Shown here piece after piece: positions 27,793-38,646 of a stretch of 64,000 bases of DNA (positions are counted from its first letter, which is position 1; every line of letters starts with the position of its first letter). Source of the DNA: Pseudomonadota bacterium (lineage in GTDB: Bacteria; Pseudomonadota; Alphaproteobacteria; SHVZ01). Position numbers and translations under genes: made by a program. Location: assembly GCA_016195085.1 (NCBI GenBank), contig JACQAG010000054.1:7045-71044 (forward strand), given 5' to 3'. The notes beneath the pieces were generated by a model. That model was not told where the DNA came from, did no database searches, and saw only the letters and a program-made list of their open reading frames with translations.

Positions 27793-29811
27793 TCAATAAT
27801 GCCCAGCGAGCTCGACGGCGACCGGCCGGTTGCTGTGGTAGTAGGCGCCGCGCCGGTGCCCGTACCAGACCACCTCGCGACACCAGGTGGCGAGATCCTC
27901 GTAGCTCTCCTTCGAGCGCTCGATGCGGTAGCTGACCTCGCCTGCCGTCAGCGGCTCCCGCTGGCCGTTGAGCACGCCTCGGTAGAAGCGCCAGGTATCG
28001 TAGTTCAAGCTCAAGGTGCAATCGTCGTATTGCTGCGGCTGGCTCAGCAACGCTTGGTTCAGTCGCAGTGCATCCTTGACCGGCTCCGCAGGCGCCGATG
28101 GCGCATGCTGAGCCAGCACCTCAGAGATCCGGCGCAATGACTCGGCAAAGAACGCATCCAGCTTCCTCTCCGCGGTCAGCTTGATGAACTGGAATTCGTC
28201 GGCCGGCCACCAGATCCCGAGATAGTCCGGCGAATAGACGAGCTCGTGCCCGCCGTCCTGGATCGACTGCGCCTCAGCCAGGAAGAAATCGCGGATCGAG
28301 GCGATGAGCGGATATTCGGAAGAATCTACCTCGGTGAAGGCTTCGATCAGGCGCCGATAGCCGACGCCGGAGACCTCGTGCGCGACCACCAGAGGAATCT
28401 GCAGGAGCTTGTCGAAGTGCAGGAGGGCGGTCATCCAGGCGAAGGTGCGCGTGCGCCGCCAGTCCTCCTTCGGCATCGCGCGCGTGGCGATCACCAGCTG
28501 CTGCATCTCGGCGATTCCGTCGATATCCTCCTCGAGCGAGCCGTGCACGTTGATGATCTTCGTCGGCACGGTGACCATGCCGTACTTCGCCTGATAGGCG
28601 GGATCGCCCATCTCCGCGTTGGGAAGGATCGACAGGTTGTTGAACTGGATGCGGTTGTGCTGGCCGCCCTCGATCACCCGGGCCACGCCGTCGACGAAGG
28701 CATCGTAGGTCTCGCCGGGCAGACCGATGATGAGGTCGGAATATGTGGCGACGTTGTCGCGGGTGAACCGCTTCTGCAGCTCCTCGTAGGTGGCAAGCGA
28801 GATGTTCTGCCGCTTGATGCTCTCAAGCGTGTGCATGTCGACGCTCTGCAGAGCCAAGGCCACGCCCTTGCTCAAGCCGGCATCGGAAAGGATTTTCTGC
28901 GTCGTATAGGCGCGTTCGGTGGCGTTCTTGGTATTCTGCACCGAAAGCGCCTTCGGATAGCCCTTGGCGCGCTTGTTGGCGGCGGCGTATTCGGCGATCT
29001 GGATGTCCCGCGGCAGGATGCCGAAATTGGCATCGCAACAGAAGATGAACTCGATCTTGCGCTCGCTGAACCAATCGAGCTCGGCCTTGAGCCGATCCAT
29101 CTCGAAGGTGAAGACCTTGCTCTGGGTGGCAGAACCCCAGTCGCAGAACGTGCAAGCGAAGGGACAGCCGCGATTGGTCTCCCAGAGCACGATCCAGGTT
29201 TCCTCGCGATGCGCCTCGATGAGCGGCCTGAAGGTGCCGCTGAGATAGGGCGAGGGCGTGGCCTCGATCTCGCGCGTTCGGCCGGCCTTCGGCTGATGGT
29301 GAAAGGCGCCATCCGGGGGGAGAAAGCTGATGCCCGGCACGCCTGAGAGGTCGCCGCTGGGGAGCGCTTCCAAGAGATTGAGGAAGACCTGCTCGCCCTC
29401 GCCATGGCAGGCAATGTCGACGAAGGGATTGGCCCTAAGCCACGCCTCGGCCCGGTCCGGCACTTGCGGTCCGCCGAAGACGATGACGACATCGGGACGG
29501 ACCTGCTTCAAACGCTTGGCGATCTCCAGGCTTAACCGCTCGTTCCAGACATAGAGGCTGAAACCGACAATGTCGGCCGAACGCAGGTGCTCGACCGCGG
29601 CATCGGCCCGCAAACGCTTATAGAGCGGCAGCAGGAAGCGGTACCGCGCAGGAGCGGCAGCATGCGCCAGGGTGTGCGCCTGGAGCAGGCCGATGGAATA
29701 GGGGAGGTAGTTTTGGCCCGAAAAGCTGTTGTTGATCTGGGCCAAGCCGACGACAAGCGGGTTGCCGGGCGTCCCCTTCACCTCGCCTTTGGTTGCACCT
29801 GCCTGACCCAT
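27793..29811 (-). CDS. B12-binding-domain radical SAM protein (class B rSAM)
   Basis: 672 aa. N-terminal cobalamin-binding-like domain, radical SAM CxxxCxxC (RGCPFACTFCDW), large C-terminal extension. Confidence 0.8.
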   Translation of the reverse strand: MGQAGATKGEVKGTPGNPLVVGLAQINNSFSGQNYLPYSIGLLQAHTLAHAAAPARYRFLLPLYKRLRADAAVEHLRSADIVGFSLYVWNERLSLEIAKRLKQVRPDVVIVFGGPQVPDRAEAWLRANPFVDIACHGEGEQVFLNLLEALPSGDLSGVPGISFLPPDGAFHHQPKAGRTREIEATPSPYLSGTFRPLIEAHREETWIVLWETNRGCPFACTFCDWGSATQSKVFTFEMDRLKAELDWFSERKIEFIFCCDANFGILPRDIQIAEYAAANKRAKGYPKALSVQNTKNATERAYTTQKILSDAGLSKGVALALQSVDMHTLESIKRQNISLATYEELQKRFTRDNVATYSDLIIGLPGETYDAFVDGVARVIEGGQHNRIQFNNLSILPNAEMGDPAYQAKYGMVTVPTKIINVHGSLEEDIDGIAEMQQLVIATRAMPKEDWRRTRTFAWMTALLHFDKLLQIPLVVAHEVSGVGYRRLIEAFTEVDSSEYPLIASIRDFFLAEAQSIQDGGHELVYSPDYLGIWWPADEFQFIKLTAERKLDAFFAESLRRISEVLAQHAPSAPAEPVKDALRLNQALLSQPQQYDDCTLSLNYDTWRFYRGVLNGQREPLTAGEVSYRIERSKESYEDLATWCREVVWYGHRRGAYYHSNRPVAVELAGHY

Positions 29812-29920
29812 AGCTATATCCCGCTGCGGCCCGAGATCCTCGATACTCGGCGCCTAGACTCCGCGTTGAGTGATATCAAATAAGGAGGACGCGTGCCAGG
29901 GCGCTGGGGTCCGTCGAGCC

Positions 29921-30910
29921 TCACGCGAATCGCCGCCCGGCGCCGGCACGATACCAATCGACGGTTTTGCCGATCGCCTCCAGCAGGGTAGTTCGCGGCT
30001 GAAAGCCTAGGATCTCGCGCGCGCGCGCGATGTCGGCGACCTTGCGCGGCTCGCCGGCCGGTCGGCTGGTATCCCAGCGGACGGTGGGTTGCCGGCCGGT
30101 GGCCGCGAGCACCGCCTCGACGACCTCGCGGATCGAATGACCGATGCCGCTGCCGAGATTGATCGGCCCCTGGCCAAGACCGCGCTCGTAGGCGCGAAGC
30201 AGGCCGTCAACGACGTCGTCGACATAGAGGAAATCCCGAACCGCGGTGCCGTCGCCCCAGACCACGAGAGGATCCTCGCCAGCCTCGACGCGGCCGATCA
30301 GCGCCGGCACGACCAGCGCCGTCTTGGGATCGAAGTTGTCGAAAGGGCCGAAACAGTTGACCGGTCGGACGACGGCAATGTCGGTCATGCCATATTGCTT
30401 GGCGATGGCCTCGATCTGCTTCTCGGCGATTCGCTTGGCCCAGGCGGCATATTGATCGGCCGGGTGCGGATTCGCCGACCAGGCCAGGTCCTCCTGGTAG
30501 AGCGCCATGGACGGATAGACCGACACGGTCGAGGTGTAGACGAGGGCGCCGACGCCGGCACGGCGCGCTGCCTCGAGCGTGTTGAGGCAGATCAGCAGGT
30601 TCTCGCCCAGCATCGTCGCCGCCTGGGTATTCTGGATGCCGATCGAACCGCGCCGGCCGGCCAGATGGAAGACGACCTCGATGCCGTCCATCAGCGACTC
30701 GGCAAAGGAGCGGTGGGTGAGATCTCCGACCTGGTGCTCGCCACTCTGGAGGGCCGGCGACGGCGCGCGCGTCGAGGTGGTGCGCACCTGGACGCCTCGG
30801 CTCAGCAGCGTCGGGACCAGCGCCCTACCGATCAACCCGGTGGCGCCGGTCACCAAGACCCGACGGCCATCGTAAGGCTGCTGCGCGAAGGGATGCTGGT
30901 CTCGGCTCAT
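29921..30910 (-). CDS. NAD-dependent epimerase/dehydratase (SDR) family protein
   Basis: 329 aa. GATGLIGRAL Rossmann motif. Paralog of 49926-50918. Confidence 0.8.
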   Translation of the reverse strand: MSRDQHPFAQQPYDGRRVLVTGATGLIGRALVPTLLSRGVQVRTTSTRAPSPALQSGEHQVGDLTHRSFAESLMDGIEVVFHLAGRRGSIGIQNTQAATMLGENLLICLNTLEAARRAGVGALVYTSTVSVYPSMALYQEDLAWSANPHPADQYAAWAKRIAEKQIEAIAKQYGMTDIAVVRPVNCFGPFDNFDPKTALVVPALIGRVEAGEDPLVVWGDGTAVRDFLYVDDVVDGLLRAYERGLGQGPINLGSGIGHSIREVVEAVLAATGRQPTVRWDTSRPAGEPRKVADIARAREILGFQPRTTLLEAIGKTVDWYRAGAGRRFA

Positions 30911-30960
30911 CGCGACGCCGAGACTATGCCGAGAAGCGCGACTCGCGCTACACCCGCGCG

Positions 30961-32928
30961 GTGACGACCGTGGACCAGATGCTGGCTGAAGGTCTTGCCC
31001 ATCACCGCGGCGGGCGGGTCCCGGAGGCGCGCTCGCTCTATGCGCGCGTGCTCGACCTCGAGCCGAGCCAACCCGACGCCCTGGCGCTTTTCGGCACCAT
31101 TGAGCTGCAAGCCGGGCGCGCGACGGCGGCGCTGAGCCTCCTCAGCCGGGCGCTTGCGCTGCAGCCCGACCGCCGGGATGCCCTCATCGGCCGCGCCCGC
31201 GCCTTGCAACAGATGGGTGAGCCGGCCGCTGCAATCGGCCAGCTCAAGCGTGGGCTGGCGCTCCGCGGTTCCGACGCGGGGCTCCTGTTCGAGCTCGGCC
31301 AGTGGCTGTTCGCATCCGATCCGCTCGCGGCGCTCAGGACTTTCTCCCACGCCCTCCAGCTGCAGCCGGATGCCGTAGGGCCGCTCTGCGGCATCGGGGC
31401 CGCTCTGGACCGGCTCGGCCGCGCTGAGGATGCCGCCCGAACGCTGCGCATGGCCGGTGCGTTCGCGCCTCAGCATCCTCCGGCTTGGCTGATGGCGGGG
31501 CTGATCGCCCGCAGCAACGGTCGGCTGGGTGACGCGCTGCGCGACCTCGCCCGCGCCCTTGCGCTTGTGCCGAACAGCATCGAGGCGCTTGATGCGCTCG
31601 TCTGGTGCCGGCAGCTCGCAGGCGATGTGCGAGGGACGGTGAGAGCCGCACGAGCGGCGCACCAGCTGGTGCCGGATCGCGTCGATCTGCACGCATCCTA
31701 CATTCTCTCGCTCCTTCCGGTCGCCGCTGCGAGCACGGCCGAGATTCTGGCGCAGTGCCGAGCTTGGGATGCGCGGTTCGCGCGCTCGCTGTCCGGCGCG
31801 CTGCCGCCCCCGGGAAACGATCCCGATCCCGATCGTCGACTGCGCGTCGGCTACATTGCGGCGCAGGGCTTTCGCATGCACACCACGGCGAGCGTGCTCT
31901 GGCCGTTGATTGAAGGCCACGACTCGCGGCAGGTCGAAGTCTTCTGCTACAGCGACGTGGCGCCGAACAACGAGGATTGGGTAACCCAGCGCCTGCAGTC
32001 CCTCGCCTTTGGATGGTGTCGGGCCGGCGGACTCTCCGATGCGGAGCTCGCCCAGCAGATCCGCTCCGACCGGATCGATGTGCTGGTTGACATGTATGGC
32101 TATCCGCCGGGCTCGCGGCTGCTGAGTCTTGCGCGGCGCCCGGCTCCGGTGCAGGTGAACGGCTTGCCGATGGGTAGCTTTGGGCTCGATGCGGTGGCTT
32201 GGGCGATTACTGACGATCAGCTGACCCCCGCCGGAAGCGAGGAGTGGTTCCACGAGCGGCTACTGCGCGTGCCGCTCGCCTATTGCTATCGGCCGCTCGT
32301 GCCGGCGCCGGAAGCCAAGTGGGATCCGGCCGCCTCGCGCGGCATCGTCTTCAGCTCCTTGAACCAACCCGGCAAGATCTCGGAAGCCGCGCTCGCCGCC
32401 TGGGCCCGCATATTGCTGCGTCTGCCCGATGCCAGGCTGGTGCTGAAGGGTATGGGCTTCATCGACGCTGCCGTCCGCGCCGCTTTCCTCAGGCGCGCCC
32501 GGAGCGTCGGCATGCCTGAAGAACGGCTGGAGCTACGTCCATGGTCGTCCAGCACGGCCGAGCACCTCGCTACCTATGACGAGATCGACATCGCCCTCGA
32601 TCCATTTCCATATTGCGGCGTGACCACGACTTGCGAGGCGTTGTCCATCGGTGTCCCCGTGGTCACCCTCGCCGGCGATCGGGTCATCGGACGCTATGGC
32701 GCTACGTTCTTGAGCGCAATCGGTCTCGGTCATCTCGTTGCCGATTCTGTCGAGCGCTATGTCGACATCGCATCGACGCTTGCCTCCGACCGCAGGGTGC
32801 TGGCGGAGCTGCGCGTGAGCCTCCGTCGGGATTTTGCCGCGTCCGCAATTTGCGACGGCGCCGCCTATGCGCGCTCGCTTGAGGCGGCCTATCGCGTGAT
32901 GTGGCGCGATTGGTGCAGCCGGCGGTGA
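30961..32928 (+). CDS. TPR + GT41 FlmG-like glycosyltransferase (paralog 2)
   Basis: 655 aa. TPR N-terminus. C-terminal VDIALDPFPYCGVTTTCEALSIGVPVVTLAGD and AICDGAAYARSLEAAYRVMW. GTG start. Confidence 0.8.
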   Translation: MTTVDQMLAEGLAHHRGGRVPEARSLYARVLDLEPSQPDALALFGTIELQAGRATAALSLLSRALALQPDRRDALIGRARALQQMGEPAAAIGQLKRGLALRGSDAGLLFELGQWLFASDPLAALRTFSHALQLQPDAVGPLCGIGAALDRLGRAEDAARTLRMAGAFAPQHPPAWLMAGLIARSNGRLGDALRDLARALALVPNSIEALDALVWCRQLAGDVRGTVRAARAAHQLVPDRVDLHASYILSLLPVAAASTAEILAQCRAWDARFARSLSGALPPPGNDPDPDRRLRVGYIAAQGFRMHTTASVLWPLIEGHDSRQVEVFCYSDVAPNNEDWVTQRLQSLAFGWCRAGGLSDAELAQQIRSDRIDVLVDMYGYPPGSRLLSLARRPAPVQVNGLPMGSFGLDAVAWAITDDQLTPAGSEEWFHERLLRVPLAYCYRPLVPAPEAKWDPAASRGIVFSSLNQPGKISEAALAAWARILLRLPDARLVLKGMGFIDAAVRAAFLRRARSVGMPEERLELRPWSSSTAEHLATYDEIDIALDPFPYCGVTTTCEALSIGVPVVTLAGDRVIGRYGATFLSAIGLGHLVADSVERYVDIASTLASDRRVLAELRVSLRRDFAASAICDGAAYARSLEAAYRVMWRDWCSRR

Positions 32929-35291
32929 CCGACCAACGGATTGCCGAGGCCCTCGGGCATTACGCGGCCGGGCGGGTGAGGGAAGCGGTCCGGCTTTCCA
33001 TCGAGGTACTGACCAATGAGCCGGAGCAAGCCGACGCACTGCATATCCTGGGCGTGGTGGCGCTCGATGCCGGCCGTGCCGAGCAGGCCATCGATCTGAT
33101 CGGCCGCGCGCTCGGTCGGCGCAATCAAGACGCCATCATGCACAACAATCTCGGCAACGCTCAGCGCCGTTTGCGGCGGAGCGCCGAGGCGGTTCACAGC
33201 TTTCGGCGTGCGCTTGCCGGCATCCCGCACGTGGCCGAGATATGGACCAATCTTGGCGCAGCCTTGGCCGATGAGCGGGATTCGCCGGCAGCGCACCGCA
33301 CGTATCGACGTGCGTTGGCGCTCGATCCTGCGTGCGCCGATGCGCAGCTCGCGCAGGCCCTGTTGGACCAAGCAGAAGGGGTTGACGCGCGCCTCCGTCT
33401 CGAACGCGCCCTGGCGCAGGCGCCGACTCTGGGAGCCGCCTGGTTCGCACTCGGCAACGGCAGAATGGCCGTCAGGCACAACGCGGCTGCGGAAAGCGCC
33501 TACGGCCGCCTGACGGCGCTCGATCCGAAGGACGCGGCGGCTTGGACCAATCGGGGTGCCGCCCGCCATCGCCTGGGCGACTGGCGGGGTGCCGAGGCGG
33601 CGTTCGAGCGCGCGCTCGCGCTCGAACCCGAGCAGGCGGATGCCGAGAATGCCTGGGGCAGCCTGCGCCTTGATCAGTATCGCACCGCTGAGGCCGCTCG
33701 CTCGTTTGCGCGCGCTCTCGTTCAGCGCCCGGAATTCGCGGCGGCCCACTACCATCACGGCAACGCGCTCTTTGCCCTGGGAGGCCTGGATCAGGCGGTA
33801 AAGGAGTTCCAACGCGCGCTCGATTGCGACCCGCATATAGCCGAAGCGGCCGTCAACCTCGGCAATACGCGCCGCGATCAGGGACGGATGCTGGCGGCCA
33901 AGCAGGCGTACGACCGCGCGATCGCGATCCGCGACCTGCCGGGAGCTCGAGTGCGGCTGGCCACGCTGCTGCCGGTCATCCCGGTGTCGCTGGCCGCCAT
34001 CGAGGAGTCGCGGACGCGTCTGGCTGAAGCGGTGGAGGAGCTGAGGCGCCGTGGAACCGCGCTCGCGGATCCTTTGGCGGAGGTCGGGGCCGCCAACTTC
34101 TATCTCGCCTATCACGGCCTGGACGACAGGGCGCTGCAAGAGCAGCTGTCCCGATTCTACCGCGAGGCCTGCCCGGATCTAACGCTAGCGCTGGCCGAGC
34201 CGCAGGCAAGGCCGCGCGCGGACGGCCGGATCGCCATCGGATTCGTTTCAACCTTGCTGCGCACCCACACCATCGGCCGGCTGAATGCCGGCCTCATCCG
34301 CCATCTCGACCGCCGCCGGTTCCACGTGAGCGTCATCGGGCCGGCCCATGGCCAGGACGCGATCGCAAGCGAGATCGCCAGCTCCGCCGATCGGGCGATC
34401 ACCTTGCCGAGAGACCTGCAAGCGGCGCGGCGAGCGATCGCCGCAGCGGGGCTCCATGTCGTCTACTACCCCGACATCGGCATGGACCCTATGACCTACT
34501 TCCTCGCCTACGCGCGGCTGGCGCCGCTGCAGGTCGCAAGCTGGGGCCACCCGGACACGACCGGTCTTTCTTCGATCGACTTCTTCCTCTCCGCCGACAC
34601 CATGGAGCCCCGGGAGGCCGACCAGCACTACACCGAGCGTCTCGCCAGATTGGCCGGGCCCACGGTCTGCGTTTCCCGACCGCAGGCGCCGGCGCGGAGG
34701 AAGACGCGTGCGGAACTGGGATTGCCCGAGGCGGCCACGCTCTACGTCTGTCCGCAAAGCCTGTTTAAGCTGCACCCGGAGTTCGATCCGGTGCTCCGGC
34801 GAATCCTCGAAGGCGATCCCCGGGGCCGGCTCGTGCTGATCCATGGCAAGGACCGGCATTGGGCCGAACTCGTGCTCGAGCGCCTGGGCGCCGGCGTCGC
34901 GGAGCGGACGATCGTGTTGCCGATGCTGTCCACCGCCGATTTCCTTAGCCTGCTTGCGAACGCCGATGTGATGTTGGACCCGCTGCACTACAGCGGCGGA
35001 CATACCAGCCTGGAAGCCCTCGCCTTGGGCCTGCCCATCGTCACTTGGCCGGGGCGCTTCATGCGGGCGCGCCATACCTATGGCTTCTATCGGCTCATGG
35101 GCTATGAGACGCTGGTGGCCAGAGATCCCCGGCACTATGTGGAGCTGGCCGTGGCCCTTGGGCGGGATCGCGGGCTTCGGGACGAAGCACGGCGCAGCAT
35201 TCGCGATTCGAACGCCGTGCTCTACGACAACCAGCCGACGGTGGGCGCCATCGGCGATTTCCTGGAGGCGGCCTTGGCGGCACGCTGGTGA
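32925..35291 (+). CDS. TPR + GT41 FlmG-like glycosyltransferase (paralog 3)
   Basis: ~788 aa. Many TPRs, GT41-like C-terminus. Start GTG 32925 (GTGA overlap with upstream stop) or GTG 32901. Confidence 0.75.
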   Translation: MTDQRIAEALGHYAAGRVREAVRLSIEVLTNEPEQADALHILGVVALDAGRAEQAIDLIGRALGRRNQDAIMHNNLGNAQRRLRRSAEAVHSFRRALAGIPHVAEIWTNLGAALADERDSPAAHRTYRRALALDPACADAQLAQALLDQAEGVDARLRLERALAQAPTLGAAWFALGNGRMAVRHNAAAESAYGRLTALDPKDAAAWTNRGAARHRLGDWRGAEAAFERALALEPEQADAENAWGSLRLDQYRTAEAARSFARALVQRPEFAAAHYHHGNALFALGGLDQAVKEFQRALDCDPHIAEAAVNLGNTRRDQGRMLAAKQAYDRAIAIRDLPGARVRLATLLPVIPVSLAAIEESRTRLAEAVEELRRRGTALADPLAEVGAANFYLAYHGLDDRALQEQLSRFYREACPDLTLALAEPQARPRADGRIAIGFVSTLLRTHTIGRLNAGLIRHLDRRRFHVSVIGPAHGQDAIASEIASSADRAITLPRDLQAARRAIAAAGLHVVYYPDIGMDPMTYFLAYARLAPLQVASWGHPDTTGLSSIDFFLSADTMEPREADQHYTERLARLAGPTVCVSRPQAPARRKTRAELGLPEAATLYVCPQSLFKLHPEFDPVLRRILEGDPRGRLVLIHGKDRHWAELVLERLGAGVAERTIVLPMLSTADFLSLLANADVMLDPLHYSGGHTSLEALALGLPIVTWPGRFMRARHTYGFYRLMGYETLVARDPRHYVELAVALGRDRGLRDEARRSIRDSNAVLYDNQPTVGAIGDFLEAALAARW

Positions 35292-35325
35292 GTTCCGTGG
35301 CGGCAACGCCGGTGCTCGGCTATAG

Positions 35326-36543
35326 ATGCGGGCATCGATGCACGCTTTGATTCTCGATCCCGGCCTCTCCACCCCGATCGGCCACCACTACAACCTCGAT
35401 GCCTGCCTCGTGCAAGAGCTGGCGCAGCTGGGAATGCCGGCGCGCATCATCTCCCATGCCGAAACGGCCCCGGTGATCGTCGAGAAGCTGGGTACCGTAC
35501 CGCATTTTCGCTCACACCCATACCTGATGCGCTCCACCGATCAGCTCGTGGGGCCGCTGGAGGACTATCTCGAGTTCAACGAGGTGCTGGCGACCGATCT
35601 CGCCTCGCTTGCCAGCAAGGTCGATTGGACCGATGCGCTGGTGATCCTGCATACGGTCAACGATCGCATGCTCTTCGGCCTTGCGCGCTGGCTCGGCTCG
35701 GCCGCGCTGCCGGATAGCTGCAAGATCATGATCGTGCTCCCGCACGAATCCGGACTCGACTCCGGCGGCAAAGCCGTCACCTGGAAGGCGCTCTTGTATC
35801 GCCACGCCTTCAATGTCCTGAACCGGCTGGCCGGCGGCCGCGCCAGCCTCCTCACTCTGTCGGAGCTGCAGGTGCGGGACTTCGGCCTGCTCTCGGGGCA
35901 ACCCGTGAAAAACATGCCATATCCATCCTGCGCGGTCGGCTGGCGCCGGGCGAATGGGGCGCCGCAGCGCTCCGAGCGCCCGCGGCGCCGTGTGCTCTAC
36001 TGCGGAGAAGCGACCCGCCGGAAGGGCTTTGATCTGCTGCCGGAGATCATCCGCAAGGTGAGCGCGGCCAGAGCCGATGCGGAGTTCGTGATCCAGCTCC
36101 ATGGATGGCATCCGAACGACCCGCTGCTGGCGGAGGTGGCGAGCCTGACGCGCACCCAGGCGAACGTGCATACGGTTTCGGGCTTCACCTTGCCCGAGGA
36201 CTTCTACCGGCTGCTCGACGACGCCGACCTGATCGTGCTGCCCTACCAGGCGCCTGTCTACAAGGCCGGCACCTCGGCGATCTTCGAGGAGGCGATGTAT
36301 CTCGGGTGTCCTTGCGTGGTGCCGCCTGAAACGATGATGGCAACTGCGTTGGGCCGGCATCCCGAGGCGGGGGCGGTCGCGGCCGACGCCAGCGCCGCCG
36401 CGCTCGCCGATGCGGTGCTCCGCGTGCTCGCCGACTATCCCCGCTACCAAGCGGGAGCGATGGCCGCCTCGCTCGAATGGCGCGCCCGCGATGGCATCGA
36501 TCGCTTCGCCCAATTTCTCGTCGATCAAGTCCGCAGCCGATGA
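35326..36543 (+). CDS. GT-B glycosyltransferase (GT4-like)
   Basis: 405 aa. C-terminal glycos_transf_1-like region (RRKGFDLLPEII...IFEEAMYLGCPCVV). Confidence 0.6.
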   Translation: MRASMHALILDPGLSTPIGHHYNLDACLVQELAQLGMPARIISHAETAPVIVEKLGTVPHFRSHPYLMRSTDQLVGPLEDYLEFNEVLATDLASLASKVDWTDALVILHTVNDRMLFGLARWLGSAALPDSCKIMIVLPHESGLDSGGKAVTWKALLYRHAFNVLNRLAGGRASLLTLSELQVRDFGLLSGQPVKNMPYPSCAVGWRRANGAPQRSERPRRRVLYCGEATRRKGFDLLPEIIRKVSAARADAEFVIQLHGWHPNDPLLAEVASLTRTQANVHTVSGFTLPEDFYRLLDDADLIVLPYQAPVYKAGTSAIFEEAMYLGCPCVVPPETMMATALGRHPEAGAVAADASAAALADAVLRVLADYPRYQAGAMAASLEWRARDGIDRFAQFLVDQVRSR

Positions 36544-38498
36544 GCGATGCGGGCGAGCACATCGCCCAGGGTTTGGCCGCGCATCAGAGCGGTCGGTTGG
36601 ACGAGGCAGAGCGCCTCTATCGTCTAGCGCTGGGCGCCCAACCCCGGAGCGCCGAGGCCTTGCATCTCCTCGGCCTCGTCATGCATCAGACCGGGCGGAC
36701 GGGGTCGGCGCTCGGCTTCCTCAAGGGGGCGGTGCGGGAAGCATCGCTGCCTCAGCATCGTCTGAGCTTGGCCAGCGTGCTGGTGGCCCTTGGACGCCAT
36801 GCCGAAGCCGCGGTTGAGCTGCGCCGGTTCCTCGCCGAGAGCCCGGCCGATGCCGAGGCCGCATTGGCGCTGGCCGCCGTCTCCAGATCAGCCGGTGTTG
36901 TGGCGTCGGCAGTCATCTGGGCGAGGCGCACGCTGGCGGTTCGCAGCGACTATGCCGAGGCCGCCTACAATCTCGGCAACTGGCTGCAGGCCATCGGCCA
37001 GACCCAGGCAGCGCTCGTGGCGTACCGTCGCGCGCTCGCAGCCCGCGGCGACTATGGCGATGCGCTGGCGAACCTGGCGCCGGCGCTCCTCGATTTCGGT
37101 CGGCCGTCGGGGGCATGGCAGGCGGCGCGGCAAGCGATCGCCTTGGCGCCCTCCCATGCCGCAGCCCTCAACAATCACGGGCAAGCAGTGCAGGCGGCCG
37201 GTATGACGCGCCCGGCCACCGTCTCGTTTCGCCGGGCCCTTGCCGCCGAGCCGCAGCTCGTGGCCGCGCACAGCAACTACCTCTTCAGCTTGAGCTACGC
37301 TCCGGAGACGACGCATGGCGAGCTGTTCGCCGCCTATCAGGAATGGGCGGTGCGCCACGCGCCGTCGCCTGCGGCTTGGCCTCGCCACCGCAACTCTCGG
37401 GACGGCGAGCGGAGGCTGCGCATCGGCTATCTCTCGGCCGATCTCGCCGATCATCCCGTCGGCCACAATTTGATCGGGCTCATCGAGGCGCATGATCGGC
37501 AATCGGTGGAGCTCTATGCCTATGCGGCGGTATCGCGCCCCGACCCCATGACCGCGCGATTCCGCCGGGCCTTCTCGCATTGGCGCGACCTCGAGGGCAT
37601 CGACGACGCACGGGCCGCCCAGCTCGTCCGCACCGATGCGATCGATATTCTGGTGAGCATCGCCGGCCACACCGCCCACAATCGCCTCATGGTCGCGGCG
37701 CAGAAGCCGGCGCCGGTACAAGCGAGCCTGTATGACCTTTCCACCACCGGTCTTGCCGCCATGGATGCTTGGTTCACCGATCCAGCGCTGCATCCGTCGG
37801 ATAGCGCCGAGCGCTTCACCGAGCATCTCGTCCCTCTGCCGTGCCTCTATCTGCACGCTCCGCCCGATCCATCGCCCGAACCGGGTTCGGCGCCGGCGGA
37901 AGAGGCGGGCCGCATCACCTTCGGGTCCTGCAACAATCCGGCGAAGCTGACGGACGCGGTGCTCGCGTTGTGGGCGAGGGTGATGGGCGCGGTTCCGGGC
38001 TCGCGCCTTCTCATGAAATACCAGGATCGATTCGCCGATGCCGCGCTGCAACGACGGGTCACGGCGCTATTCGGCGATCACGGGATCGCGCGCGATCGGC
38101 TCGACTTCGTCGGCGGGCGACTGCCCCGGGCTGGTCAGCTGGCGATTCTCAACCGTGTCGACATCGCGCTCGATCCTTTTCCCTTCAATGGGTCGACGAC
38201 CACCTTCGAAGCGCTGTGGATGGGCGTACCCGTCGTCAGCCTCGCCGGAGACCGCTTCCTCGGACGGGTGGGCGCCAGTTTCCTTGCGCAAATCGGCCTT
38301 GGCTCCCTCGTCGCCGCCGATGCCGAGGCCTATGTCAGGCTCGCCCGAGAGCTGGCCGCCGATGCGCCACGGCGCGCCCGATTGCGCCAGGAGCTCCGCC
38401 CTCGGTTGCTGGCATCGCCGCTCTGCGACGCCCCGGCCCATGCGCGCGCCTTCGAAGCGGCACTTCGTGCGCTTTGGCGCGCGTGGTGCTCCCGCTGA
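36540..38498 (+). CDS. TPR + GT41 FlmG-like glycosyltransferase (paralog 4)
   Basis: Start ATG 36540 (ATGA overlap with upstream stop). Shared motifs ITFGSCNNPAKLT, VDIALDPFPFNGSTTTFEALWMGVPVVSLAGD, SPLCDAPAHARAFEAALRALW. Confidence 0.8.
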   Translation: MSDAGEHIAQGLAAHQSGRLDEAERLYRLALGAQPRSAEALHLLGLVMHQTGRTGSALGFLKGAVREASLPQHRLSLASVLVALGRHAEAAVELRRFLAESPADAEAALALAAVSRSAGVVASAVIWARRTLAVRSDYAEAAYNLGNWLQAIGQTQAALVAYRRALAARGDYGDALANLAPALLDFGRPSGAWQAARQAIALAPSHAAALNNHGQAVQAAGMTRPATVSFRRALAAEPQLVAAHSNYLFSLSYAPETTHGELFAAYQEWAVRHAPSPAAWPRHRNSRDGERRLRIGYLSADLADHPVGHNLIGLIEAHDRQSVELYAYAAVSRPDPMTARFRRAFSHWRDLEGIDDARAAQLVRTDAIDILVSIAGHTAHNRLMVAAQKPAPVQASLYDLSTTGLAAMDAWFTDPALHPSDSAERFTEHLVPLPCLYLHAPPDPSPEPGSAPAEEAGRITFGSCNNPAKLTDAVLALWARVMGAVPGSRLLMKYQDRFADAALQRRVTALFGDHGIARDRLDFVGGRLPRAGQLAILNRVDIALDPFPFNGSTTTFEALWMGVPVVSLAGDRFLGRVGASFLAQIGLGSLVAADAEAYVRLARELAADAPRRARLRQELRPRLLASPLCDAPAHARAFEAALRALWRAWCSR

Positions 38499-38646
38499 GG
38501 GCCCGGCCGCGTGCCGAGTGCGTTCCGTTGGCCCGGCCTTTCTGCTATAGCTCGACCTGACCGCAACACGAGCGCTGGTTCGATCCGGCTCCCGGCGAGC
38601 CCAATCGGCCGAGTTCGCCAATTCGTCCCAAAAGGGGCATCAATAT

